Position numbers and translations under genes: made by a program
In this document: piece by piece, positions 49,832 through 60,513 of the stretch
Numbering within the stretch: the stretch's first letter is position 1
Layout of the letters: each line of letters starts with the position of its first letter
Assembly (NCBI GenBank): GCA_964417715.1
Contig: CAYQJG010000008.1
Coordinates: forward strand, 18,115-82,114
DNA from: an uncultured Lentisphaerales bacterium
GTDB lineage: Bacteria > Verrucomicrobiota > Kiritimatiellia > RFP12 > CAYQJG01
Direction of reading: 5' to 3'
DNA: 64,000 nt
The notes under the pieces: model-generated
Told to the model about the DNA's origin: nothing
The model's input: the letters and a program-made list of their open reading frames with translations, nothing else
Databases searched by the model: none

Positions 49832-50830
49832 CTAGGGCTGCTTCGGCTGCGGCAGTTCGTAGACCTTGATGTAGGCTTTGCTGCGCAGGCGGCCGACCCA
49901 ATCCTTGTAGCGCTGCTCCGACTGCTGCAGGCGCAACCGGCTCTCCACCAGCGGCCAGGCCTCCTCAAGCGTCAGCGGGCGGGGCTTCTTCTCGTCGATC
50001 TTGCGCACGACATACCCGAAGTCCTCGAGCAGAATGGCCGCACTGTTCTCGCCCACTTTCAGTTTCCCCAGCGCTTCGGCAATCTCAGGCCGGAACACTT
50101 CGGCCGGATCGACGATGCCCCAGTCGCCGCCCTTGGCGGCCTTGCCATCCTGGGAATACATCTTGGCCGCAGCCGCAAACGCCATGCCGCCGGCGAGATC
50201 CTTGAGAATCTTGGCGCCCTGCTCGTCAAGCGTGGCCGACCCGTCCTTGGCCGCGGCAAACACGATCATGGCCACGTGCACGCCCCCCTGCGATACAAAA
50301 GCCCCCGTGTGGGCCGTATAGTAGTCGCGGACATCCTTGGGCGGAATCGACACATTGCGTTCAACCTGACCATAGCGCATGAGCTGGATCATCAGATCCT
50401 CTTCGATGCTCGTGTGCCACTCCTCGTACGTCATGCGCCGCTCGGTCAGCGCGGCCACCAGCTTGGCGCGATCGCCGCCGAAGCGCTGGTCGATAATCTC
50501 CTGAACGCGGTTCTCAACCGCCCAGGCCGCCACCTGCGCCTTGGACGCCTTGGCCGCATCAAGGATCAGCCGGCGGTCAATCATGGCATCCAGCGTCGCC
50601 GTGTAGAGCTCGCGCAACTTGGCCTCGCGCTCGGCCTTCGGCAACTCAACCCACACGCTGTTGCGGACCTCGGTCATAACGTCCGCTATGGTGATCATCC
50701 GCTCATTCACATACGCGGCCACACCGTCGAGCAGCATGCCGTTTCCGGTCTGCTGCGCCCGGATGGCCAGCGGCGCGCCGGCCAGCACAACCGCCGCCAG
50801 ACACTGGGCAAAAAACAGATGCTTCCTCAT
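49832..50830 (-). CDS. surA: Periplasmic chaperone / peptidyl-prolyl isomerase SurA-like (PpiC domain)
   Basis: Signal peptide, SurA N-domain-like, single parvulin-like domain; conserved surA-ksgA adjacency. Confidence 0.7.
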   Translation of the reverse strand: MRKHLFFAQCLAAVVLAGAPLAIRAQQTGNGMLLDGVAAYVNERMITIADVMTEVRNSVWVELPKAEREAKLRELYTATLDAMIDRRLILDAAKASKAQVAAWAVENRVQEIIDQRFGGDRAKLVAALTERRMTYEEWHTSIEEDLMIQLMRYGQVERNVSIPPKDVRDYYTAHTGAFVSQGGVHVAMIVFAAAKDGSATLDEQGAKILKDLAGGMAFAAAAKMYSQDGKAAKGGDWGIVDPAEVFRPEIAEALGKLKVGENSAAILLEDFGYVVRKIDEKKPRPLTLEEAWPLVESRLRLQQSEQRYKDWVGRLRSKAYIKVYELPQPKQP

Positions 50831-50965
50831 TCGGGGCCCCTTTCGCCGGCAGGCTCGCGCCGCCGTTCCTTGACAGTCCGTAAAGCGCTATCATAACGTA
50901 CCCGCTGGAACCAACAAAGGGCAAACCGCCGTCCGTCGCAATTCCGCGGAGCGCGGGAACACACC

Positions 50966-51814
50966 ATGATCACCGCCGACCTCGTCATCAGCAGCCTGGC
51001 CAACCCGCGCGTCAAGACCGTCGTACGACTGCGCCAGCGCTCGCACCGCGACGAACTGGGGCAGATGCTCGTGGAAGGCTACCGCGAGCTGAAGCGCGCG
51101 CTGGACAACGCCTACCGGCCGCAGACGATCTTCTTCTGCGAGGAACTGTTCCTCAAAGGCACGAACGAACCGGTGCTCATCGAACGCTGCCGTACGCTGG
51201 GCGCCGAACTCGTATCCTGCACGCCGCCGGTGTTCGAGAAGATGGCCTACCGCGAACGCCCGGAAGGGCTGCTGGCGGTCGGCCCGCAGGTGCGCCGTAC
51301 ACTCGCCGACCTTGCCCTGCCGCCGCACGCGCTCGTGATCGTGGCCGAAGCCATCGAGAAACCCGGCAACCTCGGCACCATCCTGCGGTCGGCCGATGCC
51401 GCGGGCGTCCATGCCGTGATCGTCTGCGACCGGTGCACGGATCTTCACAACCCCAACGTCGTGCGCGCCTCCACCGGCATGCTGTTCGCCGTGCCGGTGG
51501 TCGAGGCTGACAGCGCCGCCACGCTGGCCTTCCTGCGCGCCCGGCAGTTCGCGATCCTCGCCGCCACGCCACACACCGACAAACTGCACACCGACGTGGA
51601 CCTGACCGGCAACGTCGCGCTGGTCATGGGCACCGAACAGTATGGCCTCAGCGACACCTGGATGCAGGCCGCGGACCTGCGCGTGCGCATCCCCATGCTG
51701 GGACAGGCCGATTCGCTCAACGTCGCCGCCGCCACCACGATCCTGCTCTACGAAGCCGTACGCCAGCGCGTGGCCGCCGGCATCGTCACCGTGCCGCCGC
51801 CCGTGGCCGATTAG
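50966..51814 (+). CDS. TrmH/SpoU-family RNA 2'-O-methyltransferase
   Basis: SPOUT motifs VIVAEAIEKPGNLGTILRSADAAG, LVMGTEQYGLS, NVAAATTILLYE. Confidence 0.8.
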   Translation: MITADLVISSLANPRVKTVVRLRQRSHRDELGQMLVEGYRELKRALDNAYRPQTIFFCEELFLKGTNEPVLIERCRTLGAELVSCTPPVFEKMAYRERPEGLLAVGPQVRRTLADLALPPHALVIVAEAIEKPGNLGTILRSADAAGVHAVIVCDRCTDLHNPNVVRASTGMLFAVPVVEADSAATLAFLRARQFAILAATPHTDKLHTDVDLTGNVALVMGTEQYGLSDTWMQAADLRVRIPMLGQADSLNVAAATTILLYEAVRQRVAAGIVTVPPPVAD

Positions 51815-51845
51815 CGCGAAACAAGGCAACCCCCATATTTAACCT

Positions 51846-53081
51846 ATGAACACTACACTCTCCGAACCCGCGCGCAGCACCCCGATCTGCGGCCAGTGTG
51901 ACGTAGCAGTCGTAGGCGGCGGCGTGGCAGGTGTGGCCGCGGCGGTGGCGGCGGCCCGACTGGGCGCGCAGGTCTGGCTGATCGAAAAGGAATATGCCCT
52001 CGGCGGCCTGGCCACACTCGGCAACGTCATCATCTACCTGCCGCTGTGCGACGGCCACGGCCGGCAGGTGATCGGCGGGCTGGGCGAGGAGCTGCTGCGC
52101 CTGGCGGTTCGCGATGTCCGCGCGCCCGACCGCACGTTGCGCGTCGCGCCCGTGCCGGCCTGCTGGGAGCCCGGCGGCGATCCCGCCGAACGCCGCCGCA
52201 CGCGCTTCCGCACGGACTTCAACGTCGCCTCGGTGATCCTGGCCTATGAGGAACTCGTGACCTCAGCCGGCATCCACCTGCTCTACGACTCGCGCCTGTG
52301 CGGCGTTGTGCGCGACGGCCGCCGCATCACCCACCTGCTGCTCGAGAACAAGAGCGGCCGGAGCGCCCTCGCCGTCGGCACGGTCGTCGATGCCACCGGC
52401 GACGCCGACGTCTGTGCGTGCGCCGGCGAGCCCACCGCCTCGCTGGACACCAACGTGCTCGCCGGCTGGTGCTACCTGCTGCGCGACGGTACGCCCGAGT
52501 TGCGGCCCCACAGCCGCGCTTTCGCCCCGGACGGCAGCCGCACCGGCGCCCAGGGCCCCTTCTTCCGCGGCGACGACGCGGAGCAGGTCACGCAGCAGAT
52601 TGTGCAGACACGCGCCTGGCTGCGCGAAAGTTTGGCCGAATGGCGCGCCAAGGCGCCCGCATCGACGCTCTACCCGTTCCAACTCGCGACGTTCCCCAAC
52701 CTGCGCATGACGCGCCGGCTGCAGGGCTCGGTCGAGATCGCCGAAACCGACATGCACCACTGGTTCGACGACACGGTCGGCCTGTCCGGCGACTGGCGCA
52801 AGGCGGGGCCCGTCTACGCCCTGCCGCTGCGCTGCCTGCAAGCCACGCGCACGGCGAATCTGCTGACGGCAGGCCGCTGTCTCTCCGCCTCGGGCAGCGC
52901 GTGGGACGCCCTGCGCGCGATCCCCACCTGCGCTGTGACCGGCGAAGCCGCCGGCACCGCCGCTGCACTGGCCATGCGCGTGGCAGGTGGTGACGTCGGC
53001 GCCCTGCCCATCGCCGACCTGCAGGCGCAGTTGCAGCGCCAGAACGTCATCCTCGACCGCACGCTGGTCGCGCCGGCATAG
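51846..53081 (+). CDS. FAD-dependent oxidoreductase (FAD_oxidored family)
   Basis: Rossmann GxGxxG DVAVVGGGVAGVAAAVAAARLGAQVWLIEK. Confidence 0.75.
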   Translation: MNTTLSEPARSTPICGQCDVAVVGGGVAGVAAAVAAARLGAQVWLIEKEYALGGLATLGNVIIYLPLCDGHGRQVIGGLGEELLRLAVRDVRAPDRTLRVAPVPACWEPGGDPAERRRTRFRTDFNVASVILAYEELVTSAGIHLLYDSRLCGVVRDGRRITHLLLENKSGRSALAVGTVVDATGDADVCACAGEPTASLDTNVLAGWCYLLRDGTPELRPHSRAFAPDGSRTGAQGPFFRGDDAEQVTQQIVQTRAWLRESLAEWRAKAPASTLYPFQLATFPNLRMTRRLQGSVEIAETDMHHWFDDTVGLSGDWRKAGPVYALPLRCLQATRTANLLTAGRCLSASGSAWDALRAIPTCAVTGEAAGTAAALAMRVAGGDVGALPIADLQAQLQRQNVILDRTLVAPA

Positions 53082-53112
53082 CGATCACGCTGTCGCGCAT
53101 GCGGCGACATCA

Positions 53113-54054
53113 CTAAGGCGTTGCAGCTGGGGCAAGAGAGCCGTCGGCTGACGACGGAACGGGTGCGCCGGCCATGCCGGGGTTTCCTGCAGACGTCCCC
53201 TGCTCCTGGCCCACTGCCTTCCCAACGACTGCACGAGCCAATTCCTCGGTCTTCTCAAGCAGAACACCCATGTTCTCCGCCGTGAAGATATCATCGAGGA
53301 CACGTCGAACCAGTTGCCCGACGACCCTGTTCGCCACTTCGTCGCCAAGCTTCTCCCTGTCTGGACAGTTCGCCAGGATGTCCGACACTTCGGCGATCAG
53401 CACCTTCTTGTGCTCGGAGAAGCGCTCGCTCTTGTTCAGTTCCCGCAGCTGCGCGAGGGCTGCGACGGGGCGGCCCTTCTTGGCTTCGACCACCGACCCA
53501 ATCAACGGCGGCAGATAGTCAAGCTGGCTGACCGCCCCGAGGGCATCGGCACCGGTTCTTGCCAGGTCGAGGTCGCCATGGCAAAGGCCGACGGCGATCA
53601 GGCTCAGCAGGAGGAGCCTGTGCTCGATTTCGATGCTGTTGGCGCTCGTGTCCTGCCGGCTGGCCAACAGCGTTTTGAGCTCATCATAGTGTGCCTTCGA
53701 CAAACCCGGGTACTTCATCTTGGAGAGCGCAATGGACTTCAGTCCCAAGCCCACAAGCCCGGCGTCATGGGTTCCGCCCGTTCCAGCGATGTCGGCCTCA
53801 ATGAAGGAGTAACTGCTCTTTTCCGAGGCAAACCAGATGATCCCGAGCGTCGCGTGCACGAGGCGATCACTGATCGGTCGCGTTGTCGTCTTGTTGTACT
53901 CGGCCACGGCGAGTCTGGTCACCTTCTCAGACGCCAGGCGGTAGACCTTGTACTTGACTGACCCACGGAACTTGGCAAGGCGCTGTTCCTCAGTGGGCTT
54001 GGCGCAACCGGCGAGCACAAGCGCCGCCGCAATCAGAGGAGTTGCTTTTGTCAT
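53113..54054 (-). CDS. Hypothetical lipoprotein
   Basis: Lipobox LAGC after signal peptide (MTKATPLIAAALVLAGC). Confidence 0.55.
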   Translation of the reverse strand: MTKATPLIAAALVLAGCAKPTEEQRLAKFRGSVKYKVYRLASEKVTRLAVAEYNKTTTRPISDRLVHATLGIIWFASEKSSYSFIEADIAGTGGTHDAGLVGLGLKSIALSKMKYPGLSKAHYDELKTLLASRQDTSANSIEIEHRLLLLSLIAVGLCHGDLDLARTGADALGAVSQLDYLPPLIGSVVEAKKGRPVAALAQLRELNKSERFSEHKKVLIAEVSDILANCPDREKLGDEVANRVVGQLVRRVLDDIFTAENMGVLLEKTEELARAVVGKAVGQEQGTSAGNPGMAGAPVPSSADGSLAPAATP

Positions 54055-54107
54055 GGCGTGTCAACCCGTCGCCCGACCCCGGAAGATGATGGTCGGCTCA
54101 AGACGAT

Positions 54108-54888
54108 TCAGTAACCCTCGAACGGCGGCTCGCCGGCGATCTCCTTGAGGATTCTGCCGGCCTTTTCCTCTTGTTCGGGCGTGCCCGCCACGGCCAGCCA
54201 GATGCTCCCCTCGGCGCCGTGGACGCCGCCGCCTGCAACCAGACTCGCGGCTGCGCCCGTCAGCAGGGCGATGGCTTCGATCTCGGTCAGGACGTCGCCG
54301 GGCACAGGAAAGAGCCGGGGGCCGCGGGCGCCGGGCGCATTGAGCATCGCGGCCAGTTGGTCCAGGTCGCCGGACACGCGCTTCTCCAACCCAACCGGCA
54401 GAATGAGCCGTACGCGCCGCCCGATGGAGGCCTGCAGCGCGGTTGACACCGTTCCGCCGTTGGGGTGCCCCACAAGAACGGCCGCGCGCGAACGGAGCAG
54501 GTCAACGGCGTTCGCTCCCTTGAGTATGACGTCCCCTTCCCTCAGGCCATCGGCAACATCAAACAGCGTCTTGCCCTGCTGCCAGACACCCTTGACGATC
54601 ACCACGTCGCCGGGGAATGTGCCCTCGTCCGGTGCGCGCTCGGCCTTCGGTGTAGGACGCGCGGGCGGCAGGGTGATGCCGCGAAAGAAACGGCTGCGGG
54701 TGAAGTTTCCGGACTGGCCAAGGGCGCCCAGAATCTCCTCGGCGACATAGCCGTTGGTCGTGCCCGCAACAATCACAAGCGTGCCGGACTTCAGCGCGGC
54801 CTGCACCGCCGGATGGGCCGCCGTGCCCCTGGCAATCAGCCGCTTGCCGGCTGCCGGCGTGAGGACAAAGGTGTTCATTTCGACTGTC
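54108..54888 (-). CDS. Hypothetical protein, co-transcribed with GH78 gene (14-nt overlap)
   Basis: ATG at 54888 (MNTFVLTPAAGKRL...), G/A/V-rich, no recognised motif. Confidence 0.5.
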
Positions 54889-57511
54889 CCTTCGGGCGCC
54901 ACGGCACCGTGTAGGCGTAGGTGCCGGCGACCACGCGCGTCGGCTTGCGTCCGGGCAGGATCACGGTGGCGGTTGTGTTGGGAGGAATCGTCACATCCAC
55001 CAGCAGCCGCTTCTCCTCGATGCGCCAACCGCATGCGATACGACCGTAACGCGACCGCAACTCGCCGCGCGCCCACGTCAGCTCGCCGCCCGGCTGCGGG
55101 CGGATCAGGATGTGCTTGTAGCCGGGCCGGGCTGGATCGATGTCGATTCCGGCCACGCTGGCATAGAGCCACTCGCCGATCGCGCCGTAGGCGTAATGGT
55201 TGAACGAGTTCATCCCCACATCGCCAAAGCCCTTCTCCTTCGTGTAGCTGTTCCAGCGCTCCCACATCGTGGTTGCCCCCTGCAGCACGGTGTAGAGCCA
55301 GGAGGGGTAAGCCTGCTGGTGCAACAGCTTGTAGGCGACGTCCATGCGGCCATGCGCCGTCAGCACGGGCGCCAGCAGCGGCGTCCCGACAAACCCGGTC
55401 GAGAGCTTCCAGCCGCGGCCCTCGATGTCCGCCACGAGCCGCGCGAGCGCGTGGGCCCGCTTGGCCGGCGGCAGCAGGTCGAATCCCAGCGCGAGCAGAT
55501 ACCCGGTCTGCGTGTCGCCCGCCACACGCCCGCTGGGCGTGACGAACTCGCGGTTGAAGGCCGCGCGCACGCGTCGCGCCAGCGTGGCATACCGACGCGC
55601 GTCATCACGCCGACCCAGCACGGCGGCGGTCCGTCCCGTCAGTTCCGCTGTGCGCGCAAAGTAGGCCGTGGCAATCAGGTCGCGTGGCGTCGGCGAGCGG
55701 CCCGGGTTGTTCTCGGCGATGTCGATCGCCAGCCAGTCGCCGAAGCAGGCCACGTCGTGGATCAGATCACGGCTGGTGCGCTCACGCCAGGCGATCCACT
55801 TGGCCATGGACTCATACTGGCGCTCCAGGATGCGCGTGTCGCCGTAACAGAGATGGATGGTCCACGGGCAGATCACGCCGGCATCGGCCCAGGCGGCGCA
55901 CCCCCGGGTGTCGCGCGCCCATTTCATCGCATCGCCTTCGCGCAGCACATCCGGCACGACATGCGGGAAAGCGCCGTCCGCATATTGCGCATCGGCCAGG
56001 TCCACGCACCACTTGGTGAAGAAGGCCGACACGTCGCGGTTGAAGCAGGCCGTACGGATGAACACCTGCGCGTCGCCGGTCCAACCCAGGCGTTCGTCGC
56101 GTTGCGGGCAATCGGTGGGGACCTCCAGGTAGTTGCCCCTCTGCCCCCAGACGATATTCTGCTGCAGGCGGTTGACCAGCGGATCGGAGCACTCGAATGA
56201 GCCCGTCGGCGGGATGTCGGTGTGCACGACCACGCCGGTCACGTCCGTGGGCTGGGGCTTCTCGCACAGGCCGGTCAGTTCGACATAGCGGAACCCATGG
56301 AAGGTGAAGCGTGGCTCGTACGTCTCCTCGCCCACGCCGCGGCAGGTGTAGCGGTCGGTGGCCTTGGCCGAACGCAGGTTGGCGGTGTAGAGCGTGCCGT
56401 CGGGATTGAGCATCTCCGCGTACCGGACCGTGACCGTGTCGCCGGCCTGAGCGCGCACGCGGATGCGCGCCCAGCCGACGATATTCTGCCCGAGATCGAA
56501 CACGTGCACGCCGAACTGCGGCTCGGTCTGCGCCTGAACGGCCAGTTCCTCCTGCCGCCGCACAGGGCCGCTGCGACGTGCCACAAGCTTGGCCTTGGGC
56601 GGATCGATGACCGTGGCAGGTGTCCAGGCCGCGTCATCAAACGCCGGCAGCGACCATCCGTCGAGCGCGAGCCGGGCATCGTAACGCTCGCCGTTGTACA
56701 GGTCGGCGGCGAGGATCGGCCCGACGGCCGTGCGCCATTCAGGACCGCTTGCGATGATCACACGGCGGCCGTCGGCGTAGTCGACCTCCAACTGCGCCAG
56801 CAGCGCCGTCTGGGCACCGTAGAGACCGCGTTTGCCGGTCCACGCCAGGTAACCGGCGTACCAGCCGTCGGCCAGGATCGCACCCACGGCATTCGCGCCG
56901 GGCTGAACGAGGCCGCTCACATCGAACGTCACAACCTGGATGCGCTTGGCGTAGTCGGTCCAACCCGGCGTGAAGCATTCGTTGCCGACTCGCTGGCCGT
57001 TGAGATGGAACTCGCCGATGCCGCGCGCCGTGACACGCAGGCGGGCGGCGGTGATGGTGCCGGCGTCGAGCACGAACCCGCGCCGCAGGTAGGGGCTGGG
57101 CGGCGTGTCCTGTAGGTCGTCGGCAACCGGCCGGCCGATCCACTGCGCCTGCCAGTCGCGGGGCTGAAGCAGCCCGAGTTCGAACCGCGCGATCTCGCTC
57201 CACTCGGAAGGCGCGCCATCCTGGTCCCAGGCGCGCACGCGCCAGCACACACGCTGCCGTGACGTGAGGCGCCGGCCGGCCCAGACGATGTCGAGGCAGG
57301 TGTCGCCGAGGACGCGACCGCTGTCCCACAGGTCGGGTTTCTGCTCCAGCAACTCGGGGGTGGAGGCCGCCACCACCTGCCACGCGGTCTGGCGCGCGCC
57401 AGCGCGTGCATCCTCCAGGCGCCAGGAAAGGCGCGGCAACCGTTCATCCAACCCGAGCGGCTCGGCCAGGTATTCACAACGCAAGTCAACAATTCGCAGG
57501 GGTGAGTTCAT
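54875..57511 (-). CDS. Alpha-L-rhamnosidase (glycoside hydrolase family 78)
   Basis: ~878 aa with GH78 N-terminal beta-sandwich and (alpha/alpha)6 catalytic domain blocks (e.g. PTDCPQRDERLGWTGDAQV, WLYASVAGI). Confidence 0.85.
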   Translation of the reverse strand: MNSPLRIVDLRCEYLAEPLGLDERLPRLSWRLEDARAGARQTAWQVVAASTPELLEQKPDLWDSGRVLGDTCLDIVWAGRRLTSRQRVCWRVRAWDQDGAPSEWSEIARFELGLLQPRDWQAQWIGRPVADDLQDTPPSPYLRRGFVLDAGTITAARLRVTARGIGEFHLNGQRVGNECFTPGWTDYAKRIQVVTFDVSGLVQPGANAVGAILADGWYAGYLAWTGKRGLYGAQTALLAQLEVDYADGRRVIIASGPEWRTAVGPILAADLYNGERYDARLALDGWSLPAFDDAAWTPATVIDPPKAKLVARRSGPVRRQEELAVQAQTEPQFGVHVFDLGQNIVGWARIRVRAQAGDTVTVRYAEMLNPDGTLYTANLRSAKATDRYTCRGVGEETYEPRFTFHGFRYVELTGLCEKPQPTDVTGVVVHTDIPPTGSFECSDPLVNRLQQNIVWGQRGNYLEVPTDCPQRDERLGWTGDAQVFIRTACFNRDVSAFFTKWCVDLADAQYADGAFPHVVPDVLREGDAMKWARDTRGCAAWADAGVICPWTIHLCYGDTRILERQYESMAKWIAWRERTSRDLIHDVACFGDWLAIDIAENNPGRSPTPRDLIATAYFARTAELTGRTAAVLGRRDDARRYATLARRVRAAFNREFVTPSGRVAGDTQTGYLLALGFDLLPPAKRAHALARLVADIEGRGWKLSTGFVGTPLLAPVLTAHGRMDVAYKLLHQQAYPSWLYTVLQGATTMWERWNSYTKEKGFGDVGMNSFNHYAYGAIGEWLYASVAGIDIDPARPGYKHILIRPQPGGELTWARGELRSRYGRIACGWRIEEKRLLVDVTIPPNTTATVILPGRKPTRVVAGTYAYTVPWRPKGQSK

Positions 57512-57689
57512 GCCCTATGCTAAGCCGTCTGGGACGACGCAGTCAACCTGCGCGATGCGTGGCCCATCATCTCACACGTCGGAACGTGTGAGATGATGGG
57601 TTGATCCCCGCTATCGGCACAGTCTCATTGATCCGACAGGTCCGCCACCCACCCTTGACACGAGCGATGCGGCCGGAGCATCGTGTTGC

Positions 57690-59732
57690 ATGCATCCGAT
57701 ACTGCGCCGCACCCTCCCTCTGGTCGTCCTGTTCACGGCGGCCGCCGCACCTGCAGCGGAGACAAACCGCACCGACTGGAGTTCCTACCGCACGATCCTC
57801 TGGATGGCCGATCGGTGCTATGCCGACCCGGCACGCGTACCACTCGTGTTCCAGCGTCTGCGCGACCTCGGCGCCAACACGGCCATGGCCGGCGGCGGCC
57901 AGGACGCGCAGGCGATCGTGGCGCAGGGCTTCCCCTACTACGTCGAGAACATCATCGGCCGGGGACTCTGCCTGAAGTGGAACTCCGGCGTCCGCGACTG
58001 GGACGCCTTCGTCACACGCTGGCGCAACGAGGGCCGCCCGGCCCAAGCCTTTGTGCGTGAGTACGGACTCGACGATCCCGCGTGGCAGGTGTCGGCCCGA
58101 CGCCAGATGGAGGACGCCGTGCGACGCCATGCGCCGAACCACCCGCTGGCCTATGATATCCGCGACGAACTCTCGGTCACGATCTCGGCCAACCCGTTCG
58201 ACTATGACTTCGCCCCCTCGTCGCTGGCCGGCTTTCGCCAGTGGCTGCGCGCTTCGTATGCCGACCTCGCGTCGCTGAACGCCGCGTGGGAAACCGACTT
58301 CGCCGCGTGGGACGCGGTCGTGCCCTTCTCCACGGATCGCATCAAGAACCGCATGGCCGGCGGCGGCGCACTGCCGCGAGGCCAGCCCGACTGGCAGGCG
58401 CTTCAGCGGGTGGTCTTCGTCCCCGAAACGGCCCGCCGCACTCCGACAGCCTGGAACTTCGCGCCCTGGTGCGACTTCCGAACCTACATGGACGTCGTGC
58501 TGGCCCGCACGCTGGGCGACCTGCGCCACGCCGCACATGCCATCGACCCCGTCACCCCCGTGGGCATCGAAGGCACGCAGATGCCGTCCGCCTTCGGCGG
58601 CTATGACCTGGCGCGCCTGGCCGACGTGCTGGACTGGGTCGAGCCGTATGATATCGGTGGCGCGCGCGCCATCTGGGGCGCCTTCATGCCCGGCCGACCC
58701 ATCGTCTCCACCATCGGCGAGGCGGACGCCGCCAAGGCCCGGCGACGGCTCTGGCACCTGTTGCTCGAAGGCGACCGCGGCTGCATCGTCTGGTGGAGCG
58801 AGGACTGCATCGACTGGACGCGCCCCGACCTGCCGCTGACCGCCAAAGGCCAGGCGCTGGCGCCGGTGCTGCGGGAACTCACCGGACCGGTCGCGGACCT
58901 GTTCGTACGCGCCACGCGCGCTGCCCCGTCGGTCTTCTTCCTCTACTCGCAGCCCAGCATCCAAGTCGACTGGCTGCTTGAATCGACGCCGGACGGCGCC
59001 ACGTGGCAGCGCCGTTTCTCCAGCTATGAGGCCCGCCATAACCGCCAGGCGCGCGACCGCGTGGCGCTGCTCGCAGCCGTGCGCCGGGCCGGACTCGACG
59101 CCACGTTTGCGAGGGCCGTGCCGACAACGGCCGCCAAGGCCGGCGACGTGCTGATCCTGTCGCAGGCGCTGGCCTTGTCCGACGCAGACGTCGCGGCGCT
59201 GCGAACGTTCCCCGGCCGCATCGCCTTCGACATCGTTCCCGGCGATTTCGACGAGCACGGCCGCCTGCGTGCGGCCAACCCGTTCACGCCGACGCCTGCT
59301 GCCTGGCAACGCGTAGCAGCCGATGGCACCGGTTCCTGGTCGTCCAGCCTGCAGCCTGTGCTGGCCGCGGTGGGCCGGGAGGTACGCCTGCGGCCTGTGG
59401 CAGGTGTCGGCCCAGCCACAGCAATCCGCGTCTGCCGGCTGGGCGAGGCCATGCTCGTGGGCATCGAGTGCGACGCCGGCGGCGAGATGGGCGAGGATCT
59501 GAAGATCCATGATGGCCCGGCTGTGGCGATCACGGAATTCGAGGCCGCGCTTGACGCGCCCGGCTACGTCTACGATCTCTGGTCCCTGCGCGACCTGGGA
59601 CGGACCGATCGGATTCGCTTCGCGCTCGACCCCGCCCGGCCGGCACTCTTCGCCGTCCTGCGGCACCAGGTACCGAGCGACCGCTTGATCGCGACATTGC
59701 AGACCGGCACATGGGCAGACGGGCGCCGCTGA
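57690..59732 (+). CDS. Secreted glycoside-hydrolase-like protein (beta-galactosidase/GH42-related fold suspected)
   Basis: Signal peptide, 680 aa, adjacent to GH78 and DUF1961 genes; family assignment tentative. Confidence 0.5.
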   Translation: MHPILRRTLPLVVLFTAAAAPAAETNRTDWSSYRTILWMADRCYADPARVPLVFQRLRDLGANTAMAGGGQDAQAIVAQGFPYYVENIIGRGLCLKWNSGVRDWDAFVTRWRNEGRPAQAFVREYGLDDPAWQVSARRQMEDAVRRHAPNHPLAYDIRDELSVTISANPFDYDFAPSSLAGFRQWLRASYADLASLNAAWETDFAAWDAVVPFSTDRIKNRMAGGGALPRGQPDWQALQRVVFVPETARRTPTAWNFAPWCDFRTYMDVVLARTLGDLRHAAHAIDPVTPVGIEGTQMPSAFGGYDLARLADVLDWVEPYDIGGARAIWGAFMPGRPIVSTIGEADAAKARRRLWHLLLEGDRGCIVWWSEDCIDWTRPDLPLTAKGQALAPVLRELTGPVADLFVRATRAAPSVFFLYSQPSIQVDWLLESTPDGATWQRRFSSYEARHNRQARDRVALLAAVRRAGLDATFARAVPTTAAKAGDVLILSQALALSDADVAALRTFPGRIAFDIVPGDFDEHGRLRAANPFTPTPAAWQRVAADGTGSWSSSLQPVLAAVGREVRLRPVAGVGPATAIRVCRLGEAMLVGIECDAGGEMGEDLKIHDGPAVAITEFEAALDAPGYVYDLWSLRDLGRTDRIRFALDPARPALFAVLRHQVPSDRLIATLQTGTWADGRR

Positions 59733-59748
59733 TGCCGCACGCCAGGGT

Positions 59749-60513
59749 CTAGTGCTGTGAGTCGCGCGCCAGACCGTAGACACGCAGGTTGGCGTACTCA
59801 CCCCAGAGCAGGTGGTTCATCTGCCGGAACCCCAGTTTTCCGCCGCCAAGCGACGGCCCGCCGATCGTGCCATCATCGACCCAGTCGATGCAGGGCTGAC
59901 CGTCAACGCTCAAGCGGATGCGCGGTCCGACTCGCACGAGCTGCAGGTGCCGCCACACCGCGACAAGGTCGGGCTTCTCCTGAATGAGGTGAAAGCCATG
60001 GTTCTTGCGCAGGTTGGCCGTGCCGCGCGCACCCGCGAAGTAGGAGATGTGGTAGCAGTTGAGATCGCCGCTGTGATAGTGGGCAAACGTCCCATCGCGC
60101 GGCGCCAGACGGGGATCGAAGATATCCTCGCCGGTGCGTCCACGGGCGCAGAAGAACACGATGGCCAACCCCTCGGGACAGTCGTTCGTCGCGGGCACTC
60201 GGAAGTCCCATTCCACGGCGACGTCGGCTGGCAGGTCGCGGTCCAACCAGAACACCTGATGATCAGACCCCGTGTTCGATGCCCGCACGGTATAGCGGTT
60301 CGGAACCAGACGCAGGGCATCGCTGCGCCATTCCGCACGGCCGCCTCCTTCCATGCGCCAGTCGCGTCCGGCGGCAGCTGCGTCCGCGCCCGCCAGGCGG
60401 TTCGAGTAGATCAGCGTGGCTTGCGTGCACCCTTCCGGCAGGGGAAAGCTGCTAACCTCGGCGCCGGACAACGCGGCAGCCAGACTGGCACCCACAAGCA
60501 TGGTCGTCTTCAT
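59749..60513 (-). CDS. Secreted DUF1961-family protein (YesU-like, ConA-like fold)
   Basis: Signal peptide, ~250 aa; family commonly linked to rhamnogalacturonan utilisation loci. Confidence 0.45.
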   Translation of the reverse strand: MKTTMLVGASLAAALSGAEVSSFPLPEGCTQATLIYSNRLAGADAAAAGRDWRMEGGGRAEWRSDALRLVPNRYTVRASNTGSDHQVFWLDRDLPADVAVEWDFRVPATNDCPEGLAIVFFCARGRTGEDIFDPRLAPRDGTFAHYHSGDLNCYHISYFAGARGTANLRKNHGFHLIQEKPDLVAVWRHLQLVRVGPRIRLSVDGQPCIDWVDDGTIGGPSLGGGKLGFRQMNHLLWGEYANLRVYGLARDSQH